Source: an uncultured bacterium
Lineage (GTDB): Bacteria > Oederibacteriota > Muellerivitia > Muellerivitales > Muellerivitaceae
Assembly: GCA_964392085.1 (NCBI GenBank)
Contig: CAYMOV010000005.1
Coordinates: forward strand, 5,343 to 69,342
DNA: 64,000 nucleotides
Direction: 5' to 3'
The notes below the pieces were generated by a model that had not been told where the DNA came from, made no database searches, and saw only the letters and a program-made list of their open reading frames with translations. Each line of letters starts with the position of its first letter. Within the stretch, counting starts at the first letter, position 1. The position numbers and the translations under genes were made by a program. Below, piece after piece: positions 44,281 through 53,760 of this stretch.

Positions 44281-44709
44281 TCAGAAGTAGTTGAGGGGAA
44301 GCGGATCCCTCGGGAATTGGTGGGACATGTAGGCGGGGGTGTCCTTGGCCAATTGGCGGGCCTTGTCCAGTTGGGCGTCCGTCTGGCCCTTCTTGATCAG
44401 GAGGATTTGGCCCGGGGTGAGGAGGTCGGGATCCTGGATCTGGTCCCGATTGGCCTTGAAGACCAGCGGCCAAACCGCCGACTCCGCGTAGACGCGTTCC
44501 TGGAAGGAGATCGCCCAGAGGGTGTCCCCCTTCTTGACCTCGTACTTCTCCAGGTCGGGCGCCTGGACATTTTCCACCTTCGCGGTTTCCTGGGCCGGCG
44601 GCTGGGCCGGCGCCTCGGTCTTCACGGTTTTCTTCCCCCCGCAGCCGTAGACCAACAGGGCCATCGCCCCCATGCCCAGCAAAATCCCGGCTTTCTTGTT
44701 CTTTCGCAT
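44281..44709 (-). CDS. LysM-domain lipoprotein
   Basis: Lipobox LLVYGC and the LysM core YEVKKGDTLWAIS...LLTPGQILLI. Confidence 0.8.
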   Translation of the reverse strand: MRKNKKAGILLGMGAMALLVYGCGGKKTVKTEAPAQPPAQETAKVENVQAPDLEKYEVKKGDTLWAISFQERVYAESAVWPLVFKANRDQIQDPDLLTPGQILLIKKGQTDAQLDKARQLAKDTPAYMSHQFPRDPLPLNYF

Positions 44710-44798
44710 TTCAAGGTCCTTTTAAACGGTTTGGAGTCCGAGGCGGGGTGGCCGTGGTGTTTCCCGGTCCACCGGTTTCGCCAGCCCGAGCCGACCCC

Positions 44799-45749
44799 TC
44801 AAGGCGCCGGCTCGGTGATGGTATTGGACAAAAGCGTGACCTCGTCGATCTCGGAGAACGCCCGGCCCACCAACACGGCGCCGGTGTTCAGCGTGACCTG
44901 GTTGTAAGCCATGATCGTCCCCACGAAGGAGGTCGTGGTGTCCAGGGCGCACATGCTGCCCACCTGCCAAAAGACGTTGGTGGCCTTGGCGCCCCCGGCC
45001 AGGAGGACCTGACGGCCCGGGGTCGTGGTGAGGGTGGAGGCGATCTGGAAGATGAAGACCGCGTTCGGGTCGCCCTGGCCGTCAAGGGTGAGGTCCCCCG
45101 AGGAGACCTCCAGGGATCCGGTGGATTTGTAGAGGCCCGGAGCCAGCGTCTGGCCCCCGATGTTCCCCGCCAACACGGTGGGATTGGTCCGGCCGGCGGC
45201 GTCGTTATAGGCGATCGTCAGGTCCGCCATGGCGTTGGCCGCGGCGGTGTCGGTCACGTGGTAGACCCCGCCGCAACTCACGACGGGCGCCCCCACGACC
45301 GCGCTGCCGGGCGAAAGGCCCAGGTCGCCGCAAAGCGTGGTGGGGCCGCTGTTGGTGATCGTGGTGTAACCCAGGACCACGAACCCCACCGCGGAACCGA
45401 GGTTCACCGGGAGTTGGGACGTTTGGGATGTCGGGGTGGATGTGACGATCAGGGTCGCGGTCGCGGTCGTCGTGTCGGTTGTGGAGGGGGTCGGAGTGGG
45501 CGTCCCGGTGGGGGTTGAAGTCCACAGGGAGGTGGAGGTCTTCGACGGGGTGGGGGTCTGGGTCCGTGCGGGGGTGGCGGTGGGGCTTGAAGTCCAAGTC
45601 GCGGTCGCGCCGAGGGTCCTCGTCGCGGTCACTGTCGCGGCGAGCGGCCCCACCGGGGGGCTCGGGGAGTCGATTTCACGGCGACAGCCGACGAAAAGGA
45701 CGGCCGGAATGAGCGCAAGGAGGGATAAACGGCCGATGTTTTTTTTCAC
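44799..45749 (-). CDS. DUF3494 (ice-binding-like family) lipoprotein, paralog 1
   Basis: GTG start with a GGAGAC RBS, lipobox LFVGC, and a TPT-rich linker. The DUF3494 core reads [18 protein letters not shown]...AYNDAAGRT...LTLDGQGDPNAVFIFQ...FWQVGS...TLNTGAVLVGRAF...NTIT. Confidence 0.85.
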   Translation of the reverse strand: MKKNIGRLSLLALIPAVLFVGCRREIDSPSPPVGPLAATVTATRTLGATATWTSSPTATPARTQTPTPSKTSTSLWTSTPTGTPTPTPSTTDTTTATATLIVTSTPTSQTSQLPVNLGSAVGFVVLGYTTITNSGPTTLCGDLGLSPGSAVVGAPVVSCGGVYHVTDTAAANAMADLTIAYNDAAGRTNPTVLAGNIGGQTLAPGLYKSTGSLEVSSGDLTLDGQGDPNAVFIFQIASTLTTTPGRQVLLAGGAKATNVFWQVGSMCALDTTTSFVGTIMAYNQVTLNTGAVLVGRAFSEIDEVTLLSNTITEPAP

Positions 45750-45807
45750 GGGGAGTCTCCGGGGAATCTTTCGACAAGCCGATTTGACTTTTAGGACATC
45801 CGTAAGA

Positions 45808-45821
45808 GCAAGGAACGTGCC
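45808..45821 (-). promoter_or_regulatory. sigma-54-type promoter (-24 GGCACG / -12 TTGC) upstream of DUF3494 paralog 1
   Basis: The minus strand reads gGGCACGttccTTGCtctta, with 4-nt spacing as in TGGCACG-N4-TTGCW. It lies about 59 nt upstream of the start codon. Confidence 0.5.
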
Positions 45822-46041
45822 CCGCCCCCCGGTTTTTTATATAAACGTTTTGTGGCAGGTCACCATTATTCCGGAGCCCCCCGGCACCCCTGTTTTCAAT
45901 TCCCGATTTGGTTCGAGACGACGCCTCCCGGACTCGGGCTTCGTTCAAGGCGGTGCCCGTGGACCATCCGGGCCGGATCAAAATGGTAGCCATTTCCCCG
46001 AATTGATTCCCTGGGGCGGGGCTGATCGGCGCCCTCCGGGT

Positions 46042-46083
46042 AAAAAAAGAGCGGCGGACCCGGTTCATTCCAGGTCCGCCGCT
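46042..46083 (-). terminator. Rho-independent terminator of DUF3494 paralog 2
   Basis: gcggcggacc...ggtccgccgc stem with T7 on the minus strand. Confidence 0.6.
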
Positions 46084-46110
46084 TCTAACGACCCACCTCA
46101 ATCCGGTCCC

Positions 46111-47100
46111 TTAGGGAGCGGGTTTGGTGATGGTATTGGCCAAAAGGGTGACGTTGCCGTTCGAACCGAAGGCCCGGCCTTCCAGGAACGCGCCCGTGTT
46201 CAGGGTGACCGAGTTATAGGCCAGGATGTTGCCCACCATGGAGACCGTGGTCCCGAGCGAGCAATAATCCGACACCTGCCAGAACACCCGGTCGGCTTTC
46301 GCGCCACCCGAGAGGAGGACCTGCCGTCCCGACGTCACGTCCAGCACGCCGGAGACCTGGAAGATGAACACCGCGTTCACGTCACCCAGGGCGTCCAGGG
46401 TGAGGTCCGCCGAGGAGATCGACAGGTTCCCACCATCGGTATAGAGGCCGGGATACAGCGTGAGGCCCCCCAGGTCATCGCCCGTCGGCAGGATCGCGCC
46501 TCCCGTGCGGCTCGCCGCGTCGGTATAGGCGTTCGAAAGGTCCAATTTGGCCGTATTGGCCGCGCCGTTGGCCACATCGGTGGTTCCCCCGCAAAGCACA
46601 ACGATCCCCCCATCCACCTGGCTACCCGGGTAAAGCCCGAGGCTGCCGCAAAAGGTGGAAGCCCCGGAGTTGGTGATCTGGGAATAGGCCAGGCCCACGT
46701 AATTCAAGGCGGAGCCCAGCAACACCATCCCCTGGACGTTTTGGGGCGTTGGGGACAATGTCGCCGTCGGGGTCATGGTCATGGTCGCGGTCTCCGTCGG
46801 CGTCAGGGAATCCGTGGAGGTCGAAGTCACCGTGGGCGTCAAGGTGAGCGTGGACGTCGCGGTGGCTGTGGGGGTGTGCGTGAACGTCGCGGTGGCGGTG
46901 GGTGTGGGCGAAGCCGTCCGGGTCATGGTGGCCGACGCGGTCATCGTCCGGGTCGATGTCACGGTGGCGGTCCGGGTGGAGGTAAAGGTCGCGACGGGGG
47001 CCTGCGGCGCCGCCGGAGTGGTGGTCGTATGCTTACAGCCCGCCAGGAAGGCGGCTGAAAGGCCCAACAAAGCCATGAAAGTCCCGATTAACTTTTTCAT
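46111..47100 (-). CDS. DUF3494 (ice-binding-like family) lipoprotein, paralog 2
   Basis: The ATG at 47100 with an AGGAGC RBS gives MKKLIGTFMALLGLSAAFLAGC. A PT linker is followed by the DUF3494 core (GSLGLYPG...LTLDALGDVNAVFIFQ...NTITKPAP). Confidence 0.85.
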   Translation of the reverse strand: MKKLIGTFMALLGLSAAFLAGCKHTTTTPAAPQAPVATFTSTRTATVTSTRTMTASATMTRTASPTPTATATFTHTPTATATSTLTLTPTVTSTSTDSLTPTETATMTMTPTATLSPTPQNVQGMVLLGSALNYVGLAYSQITNSGASTFCGSLGLYPGSQVDGGIVVLCGGTTDVANGAANTAKLDLSNAYTDAASRTGGAILPTGDDLGGLTLYPGLYTDGGNLSISSADLTLDALGDVNAVFIFQVSGVLDVTSGRQVLLSGGAKADRVFWQVSDYCSLGTTVSMVGNILAYNSVTLNTGAFLEGRAFGSNGNVTLLANTITKPAP

Positions 47101-47145
47101 CGTCACCGCTCCTAGGTTCTTTTGTAGTCGAGGGGATGGGTAAGA

Positions 47146-47159
47146 GCAAGGAACGTGCC
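47146..47159 (-). promoter_or_regulatory. sigma-54-type promoter upstream of DUF3494 paralog 2
   Basis: The minus strand reads tGGGCACGttccTTGCtcttaccc, about 46 nt upstream of the ATG. Confidence 0.5.
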
Positions 47160-47305
47160 CAACCCCGTTACCGGGAAGACTGCCTTCCTTCGCTCCGGAA
47201 GCCCCTGAAAACCCAGTTTGACCGGCCCAGTGCCGGAAGCCGTCGATCAATTTGAGCCGTCGCCTCTCTTTATGATCCGCTTCGGTTCCGGTCCCGGACC
47301 GGTAT

Positions 47306-47349
47306 AAAAAAAGAACGGCGGGCCGGGGACCGTCCCCAACCCGCCGTTC
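47306..47349 (-). terminator. Rho-independent terminator of DUF3494 paralog 3
   Basis: gaacggcggg...cccgccgttc stem with T7 on the minus strand. Confidence 0.6.
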
Positions 47350-47372
47350 CCAAGAACCAGCATCCCAATCCC

Positions 47373-48350
47373 TTACGGGGTAGGCATGGTGATGGTGTTG
47401 GACAACATCGTGACCTGGGCGGTCATCGAGAAGGCCCGGCCGTTCAGGACGGCGCCCGTGTTGAAGGCGATCTGGGTGTAGGCCATGATCGTGCCGACGA
47501 ACGACGAGGTCGTATCGAACGCGCAGGAAGTACCCACCTGCCAGTAGACCTGGGAAGGCTTGGCGCCGTTGATCAAGAGCACCGATCGCGCCGAGGCGGC
47601 GCTGAGGGTGGTGGCGATCTGGAAGATGAAGACCGGATTGGCGGCGTTCTGGCCGTCCAGGACTAGGTCGGCCGAGGTGACTTCCAGCGAGCCGTTGGAC
47701 TGGTAAAGGCCCGGCGTGAGGGTCAAGCCCCCCAAATCGCCCGTGATCAGGGTGGGGTTGGTCCGCCCCGCCGCGTCGTTATAGGCGGTCGTCACGTCAC
47801 CTTGGGCTGTCGCCGCGGTGCCGTCCGTGATGTGCTCGACTCCACCGCAGCCGAAGAGGTACCCGGCGCCCTGCGAGGTTCCCGGCGAAAGTCCTAGGTC
47901 GCCGCAAATCGAGGTGGCGCCTGAGTTCGTCAGGGCCGCGTAGGCCAAAACGACGAAACCGGCCGCCGAATTCAGGTTGACCGGGGCTTGGGTCGCCTGG
48001 ATGGTGCCGGTCGAGGTGGGGGTAAAGGTCACCGTCGCGGTCTCGGTCGGGGTCGACGTCAACGTCGCGGTGGCCGTAACCGTCGGCGTGAAGCTGGCCG
48101 TCTTGGTCGGCGTCGCCGACAGGGTCGCGCTGGGCGTCGAGGTGGGGGTGGAGGTCGCGGAGGACGTCGCCGTGAACGTCCTGGTCGCGGTGGGCACCAA
48201 GGTGGAGGTGCGGGTGATGGTCGGGGTGGAGGTGGCGGTGTCCACCGGGGGAACCGGCGCCGCCGGGTTCGAATCCTTGTGCTTGCAGCCCACCATGACG
48301 GCGGCCGAAAGCGCCAGCACGACCATGAAACGTCCTAAGATCTTTTTCAC
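47373..48350 (-). CDS. DUF3494 (ice-binding-like family) lipoprotein, paralog 3
   Basis: GTG start with an [31 protein letters not shown], a TPT linker, and the DUF3494 core. Confidence 0.85.
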   Translation of the reverse strand: MKKILGRFMVVLALSAAVMVGCKHKDSNPAAPVPPVDTATSTPTITRTSTLVPTATRTFTATSSATSTPTSTPSATLSATPTKTASFTPTVTATATLTSTPTETATVTFTPTSTGTIQATQAPVNLNSAAGFVVLAYAALTNSGATSICGDLGLSPGTSQGAGYLFGCGGVEHITDGTAATAQGDVTTAYNDAAGRTNPTLITGDLGGLTLTPGLYQSNGSLEVTSADLVLDGQNAANPVFIFQIATTLSAASARSVLLINGAKPSQVYWQVGTSCAFDTTSSFVGTIMAYTQIAFNTGAVLNGRAFSMTAQVTMLSNTITMPTP

Positions 48351-48409
48351 TTTCGCTTCTCCTGGTTGATTTTTTATCCGCGTCGTGCGAGCTGAGGGAA
48401 GGGGCTAAA

Positions 48410-48423
48410 GCAAGGACCGTGCC
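48410..48423 (-). promoter_or_regulatory. sigma-54-type promoter upstream of DUF3494 paralog 3
   Basis: The minus strand reads aGGCACGgtccTTGCtttag, about 60 nt upstream of the GTG. Confidence 0.5.
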
Positions 48424-48549
48424 TCATTTCCACCGCCTTCCAAGTCCGTGAAACCGGCCGGATCTCCTTAAACCCCCCCCGGTGAATTACCCCGCGGGTT
48501 CCCTGGCGGATCAAAACGAGACGACTCATCCCAAGGTGATCCGGGTTCC

Positions 48550-49329
48550 TCAAGGGGCCGGTCGGGTGACTTGGTTGGTCTTGAAGGTCACCTGCTCGAT
48601 CTCCGACAGGGCCCGGCCCTCCAGATGGACGCCGGTGTCCAGGTTGATTTGCGTGTGGGCCATGATGGTCCCCACGAAGGATGTGCCGGTCGCGAGGGAA
48701 CAGGAACTGCCCACCTGCCAATAGACGTTCGTGGCCTTCGCGCCCCCGGCCAGATGGACCCGGCGGTTCGGCAGGGTGCTGAGGGTGGAGGCGATCTGGA
48801 AGATGAAGACGCCGTTGGGGTCGCCCTGGGCGTCCAGGGTCAAGTCCCCCGCGGAGATCTCCAGCGAGCTGGTGGATTTATAGAGCCCCGGATACAGGGT
48901 CTGGCCCGCCAAATCCCCCGCCACGAGGGCCGGATTTGTCCGCCCCCCCGCGTCCGTATAGGCCGCCGCGAGGTCCACCTTGGCGCCGGCCGCGGCGCTG
49001 TCGGTCACGTGGTACACGCCGCCGCAACCCACCACGGGCGCCCCCACCACCGCGCTTCCAGGGGACAGGCCGAGGTCGCCGCAGAGCGTGGTGGCTCCGG
49101 TGTTGGTGATGGTGGTGTAGGCCAGGGCCACGAAACTCGAGGCGGACAGGAGGTTGACCGGTGTCTGGGCCGCCTGGGGCGTCGCGGTATTCACGGGCGT
49201 CGGGCTGTTCGTCGGGGTTCCCACCGGGCCCCCCGGGCCCATGGGCGCCTGGTTATCGTGCTTACAACCGGCCAAAAAGGCGGCCGAGAGGAGCGCCGCC
49301 GAAGCCAAACCGACGATGAGTTTCTTCAT
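48550..49329 (-). CDS. DUF3494 (ice-binding-like family) lipoprotein, paralog 4
   Basis: The ATG at 49329 with a GGGGAGA RBS gives MKKLIVGLASAALLSAAFLAGC, followed by the DUF3494 core. The ORF-track N-terminal extension is not protein-like. Confidence 0.85.
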   Translation of the reverse strand: MKKLIVGLASAALLSAAFLAGCKHDNQAPMGPGGPVGTPTNSPTPVNTATPQAAQTPVNLLSASSFVALAYTTITNTGATTLCGDLGLSPGSAVVGAPVVGCGGVYHVTDSAAAGAKVDLAAAYTDAGGRTNPALVAGDLAGQTLYPGLYKSTSSLEISAGDLTLDAQGDPNGVFIFQIASTLSTLPNRRVHLAGGAKATNVYWQVGSSCSLATGTSFVGTIMAHTQINLDTGVHLEGRALSEIEQVTFKTNQVTRPAP

Positions 49330-49457
49330 CTTGATTCTCCCCTTGCCGTTGAGGGACCTGGATCCCAAAAGGAAACCCGCGTTCGGGGATCCCCGCCCAC
49401 GGGTTCCGTCAAGCCGGACGCGATTCCAAACGGATGCCCCGCTCCGCCCCCAACCCA

Positions 49458-50240
49458 TCAGGGCGCGGGCTTGGTGATCGTGTTGGACAGCAAGGTCACC
49501 TGCTCGATTTGCGACAGGGCCCGGCCTTCCAGCACAACGCCCGTGTTGAGCGTGATCTGGTTGTGGGCCATGATCGTGCCCTTGAAGGACGTGGTGGTGT
49601 CCAGGTTGCATTGGCTGCCCACCTGCCAGAACACGTTGGCGGCCTTCGCGCCGCCGGCCAGGATCACCGCGCGGCCCGGGGTGGTGGTGAGGGTGGAGGC
49701 GACCTGGAAGATGAAGACGCCGTTGGGGTTGCCCTGCGCGTCCAGGGTCAGGTCACCCGACGAGACCTCCAGCGAGCCGCTCGACTTATAGAGGCCCGGA
49801 TAGAGCGTCCTGCCGCCCAGGTTGCCGGCCACGAGGGCCGGGGTGGTCCTTCCCGCGGCGTCGTTATAGGCGGTGGTGAGGTCGCCTTGGGCGACCCCCG
49901 CTGCGGTGTCGGTGATGTGCGCGACGCCCCCGCAGGCGAGGACGTACCCACCGCCCCCGGCGGAGCCCGGCGAAAGGCCGACGTCCCCGCAAAGGGTCGA
50001 GGGGCCGCTGTTGGTGATCTGGGTGTAGGCCAGCACCACGAAGCTCGCGGCCGAATTAAGGTTGACCGCCGCTTGGGCGGCCTGGGGCGTCGCCGTGGGC
50101 CCCGGGGTGAAGGTCCGGGTCGGTGTGGCCGCCGGGGGGCCCGATGGCGCGGCCGGGCTGGAGTCCTGATGCTTGCAACCCACCGCGATCAACGCCGGCA
50201 AGAGCGCCAGCAGGAAAAAACCGGTCAGTTTCTTTTTCAA
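49458..50240 (-). CDS. DUF3494 (ice-binding-like family) lipoprotein, paralog 5
   Basis: Probable TTG start at 50240 with a GGGAGA RBS, giving (M)KKKLTGFFLLALLPALIAVGC. No in-frame ATG precedes the signal peptide. The DUF3494 core ends NTITKPAP. Confidence 0.8.
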   Translation of the reverse strand: MKKKLTGFFLLALLPALIAVGCKHQDSSPAAPSGPPAATPTRTFTPGPTATPQAAQAAVNLNSAASFVVLAYTQITNSGPSTLCGDVGLSPGSAGGGGYVLACGGVAHITDTAAGVAQGDLTTAYNDAAGRTTPALVAGNLGGRTLYPGLYKSSGSLEVSSGDLTLDAQGNPNGVFIFQVASTLTTTPGRAVILAGGAKAANVFWQVGSQCNLDTTTSFKGTIMAHNQITLNTGVVLEGRALSQIEQVTLLSNTITKPAP

Positions 50241-50328
50241 TTTCTCGTCTCCCGGACTGCGTTTTGCCGCACCCAAAATGGACTCCAGCTTGTCCCAAGG
50301 CCGACGGCCCGTCCCAGCGCGGACACGG

Positions 50329-50811
50329 TCAATCCGCGGCTTGGCCGTGCGCTTCCACGAACCACAATTGCTTGTCCACCGACCTCGAGATCTCCGTGAG
50401 GATGTCCGCGGTGTCGGCGTCATTCATCTCGACGGCCTGGGCCAGGGTCGTCCCGAGGGACTCCCCGTAAAAGGCCAGGGCGTGGGACAGGGCCGCCACG
50501 TGCTCCTTGCCGCTGGAGATCGTCACGGGATAGACGGGCAGGCTGGACTTGCGGTCCACCGGTCCCCGGGTCCCCACGGCGGTGCCGCCCAGCTGGACGA
50601 TGCGCTCCGCGATCAGGTCCACGTAACCCTCGGACGCCTCGGCGATCTTGTCGAACAGCTCGTGCAGGGACATGAAGCTGGGCCCCTTGACGTTCCAATG
50701 GGCCTGTTTGGCCTGGAGCGACAGGTCGATCGAGTCCACCAGCCGTTCCTGCAGGTCGGTGGCCATCTGGACCCGGACCTTCTCGGGGAGGCTGTTCTTG
50801 GTCGGATGCAC
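50329..50811 (-). CDS. dps: Dps (DNA starvation/stationary-phase protection protein, ferritin-like)
   Basis: 160 aa with the Dps ferroxidase-site pattern HWNVKGPSFMSLHELFD...E. Confidence 0.9.
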   Translation of the reverse strand: MHPTKNSLPEKVRVQMATDLQERLVDSIDLSLQAKQAHWNVKGPSFMSLHELFDKIAEASEGYVDLIAERIVQLGGTAVGTRGPVDRKSSLPVYPVTISSGKEHVAALSHALAFYGESLGTTLAQAVEMNDADTADILTEISRSVDKQLWFVEAHGQAAD

Positions 50812-50836
50812 GTTTTTTCTCCTTGGCCGAGGGGAC

Positions 50837-51121
50837 TTAGCCCTCGAACACCAGCTCCATGTTGTTTTTGGGCGCGCCGCAGGAAGGGCAGGGGCCCAAG
50901 ACCCAATGGTTCCGGGTCCTCAGTTCCCCGCAACCCAGGCACTTCCACTGCAGTTCAGCCCGGTCGGCGATGCCGCCGTGCCCATAATCCCCGTCGAATG
51001 ACCCGAGCTCGGTGAAGGGCGATCCGACGGCCCTTTTACGGCGGGCGGGATCCGAGGCTTCGACCGTCCAGGGCGAAGGGGTTAAAACCGGTTTCTGAGG
51101 GTGGGCCTTAGACCGCATCAA
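50837..51121 (-). CDS. rubredoxin-like zinc-ribbon protein
   Basis: It has CxxC...CxxC (KCLGCGELRTRNHWVLGPCPSCG). Its start overlaps the SOD stop by 4 nt. Confidence 0.5.
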   Translation of the reverse strand: MMRSKAHPQKPVLTPSPWTVEASDPARRKRAVGSPFTELGSFDGDYGHGGIADRAELQWKCLGCGELRTRNHWVLGPCPSCGAPKNNMELVFEG

Positions 51122-51696
51122 CTCGCCTCCGCAAAGCGTTTTTCAACGACCGTCCAATTGACCGCGTTCATGAACGCCTCGATGTAGCCCTTCCGGTCGG
51201 ACCCGTAATCCGCGGCGTAGGCGTGCTCGAAGACGTCGTTGACCAGGAGAGCGACGGAGTAGTAAAGGATCCCAACGTCGTGCTCGTTGACCCACAGGTT
51301 GAAGAGGTTCTTCCCCTCCGGGTCCCAGGCTAGGACCGCCCACCCGATTCCCCGCATGGCGGAAACCGCCCGGAAGTCCTTTTCCCAGGCGGCGAACGAC
51401 CCGAAGGACTTGAGGATCTGGGCCGCCAACAGCGACTTGGGGTCCGGGTCCGTGGAACGCTTGGAGAGGTTGCCGAAATAGGCCTCGTGCAGCCTCATGC
51501 CGTTGAACTCCCAGGCGAAGCGGCGCTTCATGTCCGCGAACTCAGGGGTCTCATCGTCCGATTTCGCGATCGAGAGGATCAACCGGTTGATGTTGTGGAC
51601 ATAGGCCTCATAGAGCCGGAAATGGGCGTTCAGCATGAGGTCGCTGAAACCCTTGGTCCCCAACAACCGGTCGAAGTTTTTAGCGAGGTAGGCCAT
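51118..51696 (-). CDS. Fe/Mn-family superoxide dismutase (divergent N-terminal His region)
   Basis: It has the C-terminal DVFEHAYAADYG (DxWEH-type) motif and an HEAYFGNL mid-motif. The N-terminal region shows only one of the usual paired His residues (NAHFRLYEAYVHNINRL). Confidence 0.75.
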   Translation of the reverse strand: MAYLAKNFDRLLGTKGFSDLMLNAHFRLYEAYVHNINRLILSIAKSDDETPEFADMKRRFAWEFNGMRLHEAYFGNLSKRSTDPDPKSLLAAQILKSFGSFAAWEKDFRAVSAMRGIGWAVLAWDPEGKNLFNLWVNEHDVGILYYSVALLVNDVFEHAYAADYGSDRKGYIEAFMNAVNWTVVEKRFAEAS

Positions 51697-51792
51697 CGGT
51701 CACCGCCTTCCCGACCCGCGGGAAAGCCGCGGTTCGGACTCAGGGGGGTCCGGGGCGGCTCCCCGAGGGACGCCGCCCGTTCCTCCCATCGA

Positions 51793-52368
51793 TTAGAGGA
51801 TCGAGAATCCCACCATCAAGGTGAAGGTGCCGTTCTTGATCTTCTGGTTGTCGTTCACGTCCAAAAGCCCGATCTCGTAACGGGCGCTGACCAGGAACTT
51901 GGTGATCGCCACCTGCCCGCCCAGGACCAGCCCGACGTCGGACTTCTTGACGTCGATCACGCCATGGCTCGCCACGTTGGAGTTGAAGGCGGGCCCCGCC
52001 AGGATTCCCGGGTTGAAGCTGTTGTTCCCCAGGCAGATCTCCAGGAGCACCGGCACTTCCACGTAGTCCATCTGGTAATCGTTGCCGTTGATCTTGCCGC
52101 CCTTCTGGGCGTAGAGGAGTTCCGGCTGGATCGCCAGGCTGGAGGTGATGTGGAAGTTCGCGAAGGCGCCCCCCACGAACCCCAGGCGCGACGTATAGAC
52201 CTGGTTGGCGTTCGAACCGTGGAGGTTCGCGACGTTGATCCCGCCCTCCAAACCGAGGAGGGGTGAGCCGACGCTCGACGTTGAGCTCGACCCGTCCGCG
52301 CCCATCGCGGCCGAACCGCCCATCAGGAGGAGCAACAGGCAACCGGCTAATCTTGAGGTCTTTTTCAC
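51793..52368 (-). CDS. outer-membrane beta-barrel protein (OmpA-like/OMP_b-brl family)
   Basis: It has a signal peptide, alternating amphipathic beta-strands, and a Gly/aromatic-rich composition. Confidence 0.7.
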   Translation of the reverse strand: MKKTSRLAGCLLLLLMGGSAAMGADGSSSTSSVGSPLLGLEGGINVANLHGSNANQVYTSRLGFVGGAFANFHITSSLAIQPELLYAQKGGKINGNDYQMDYVEVPVLLEICLGNNSFNPGILAGPAFNSNVASHGVIDVKKSDVGLVLGGQVAITKFLVSARYEIGLLDVNDNQKIKNGTFTLMVGFSIL

Positions 52369-52437
52369 TTTGGCTTCTTTCTGAGGCGTTTATTTTTCCG
52401 ACCAACCGGCGGCACGGCTTGAAACCAGGCCCGATTT

Positions 52438-52947
52438 TCAGAAGTAGTAATGGGCCCCCAGTTCGCCGTAGATCTTGAAGTCCGTCACGCTGTTCGTGAG
52501 GAACCAAAGGGTCGGGACGGCCTGGAGGTAGAGGTCGATGGGGGCGGTGCTCCGGTCGAAGATGTAGGAGATCCCCAGGGGAATCCGCCCGGCGAAAGCG
52601 GTCGGGTCCGAGAACTGGACGTTCCCTCCCAAACCGATATAGAGGGGCAACTGGCCCTTGGTGTCCTCCATGTGGATGATCCCGAAGGTGTGCCAAAGGT
52701 AATCCACTTGGGCGGTCGCCGAGTCCCCCGCGGAGAACTTCATGGCGAACTGGAAGGCGGTCCGGTGGCTCGTCCAGAGCTTCGCCGTCGCGCCCCAATC
52801 CCCGGGCCCTCCGACCTCCAAGCCCAGGCCGAAATTCCCGCCGTGGATGACGTGGCCGTTCGACTCCGCCTTGACGATCTTCACTTGCGAAACCAAACCG
52901 GCCGCCAGCAAGACGGCCACCAATGTTTTCTTGACGTTCGTGGACAT
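52438..52947 (-). CDS. outer-membrane beta-barrel protein
   Basis: It has a signal peptide, beta-strand periodicity, and the C-terminal YYF typical of BAM substrates. Confidence 0.7.
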   Translation of the reverse strand: MSTNVKKTLVAVLLAAGLVSQVKIVKAESNGHVIHGGNFGLGLEVGGPGDWGATAKLWTSHRTAFQFAMKFSAGDSATAQVDYLWHTFGIIHMEDTKGQLPLYIGLGGNVQFSDPTAFAGRIPLGISYIFDRSTAPIDLYLQAVPTLWFLTNSVTDFKIYGELGAHYYF

Positions 52948-53065
52948 GCAAACCCCATTTCAGTCGGTTGGACGAAATCCGCCGATGGGCTTCCCCATTC
53001 GGTCAGGTTCCGGAAGGTGCGAAGAAACATCACGGGTCCGCGTAAGGGGACCCGGAACGCCCCGT

Positions 53066-53461
53066 TCAGGGGGTGGTGGCATGGGCCGCGGCCGGGACGG
53101 CGGCGGCCGGGACCTGGGCCTTCACGCCGGTTCCCTCGGTGGGGTACCCCGCGTCCGCCCATTCCTGGGTCCCGCCCAGGTAGTCATCGGCCTTGAAGCC
53201 CCGCTTTTGCAGGGCCAAGGCCGCCGCCGGACCCGCCTTGCAGGTCAGTCCGGCGCAATAAGTGATGAGGAACCGGTCTTTCCCGAACCGCTTCTCGACC
53301 GCGTGGGCGAATTCGTCCACGCTGGTCCCGAAGGGGATGTTTTCCGAGCCCGTGATATGGCGCATCTCAAACTCGCCCTCGGGCAGGACGTTCAGGACCA
53401 CGACGTTCTTATTCTTCATCTTGGCCAACACGCTTTGCTTGGTCATCGGCATCTTCGTCAC
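53066..53461 (-). CDS. rhodanese-domain protein
   Basis: 131 aa with the active-site Cys loop YCAGLTCKAG. Confidence 0.7.
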   Translation of the reverse strand: MTKMPMTKQSVLAKMKNKNVVVLNVLPEGEFEMRHITGSENIPFGTSVDEFAHAVEKRFGKDRFLITYCAGLTCKAGPAAALALQKRGFKADDYLGGTQEWADAGYPTEGTGVKAQVPAAAVPAAAHATTP

Positions 53462-53760
53462 CTCGGGAGGCGTTCGTTATGGGGAGTGCTAAAGCAAGTT
53501 CCATACCGACCCCTCATCGCCCAAAAACAGTCCTACCCAACCGCGCCCTTATAGGAACGGGAACCCGGGGCGGGGAAAGGGCATCGACCGGGCCGGGAAA
53601 CGGGCGATCAATGTGATCGTCTGGAGGCCTCAATTTGATTCCCGGCGCCCACCCCAACGCCGAACAGCCCCAAGGGCCTGGTTCTTTCCCGCGACGCCAT
53701 GGCCCGCTTCTTGCTCTCGGGGTCGGTGCGGTCCTTTCCAGAAATAAAACAGGAGTCCCC

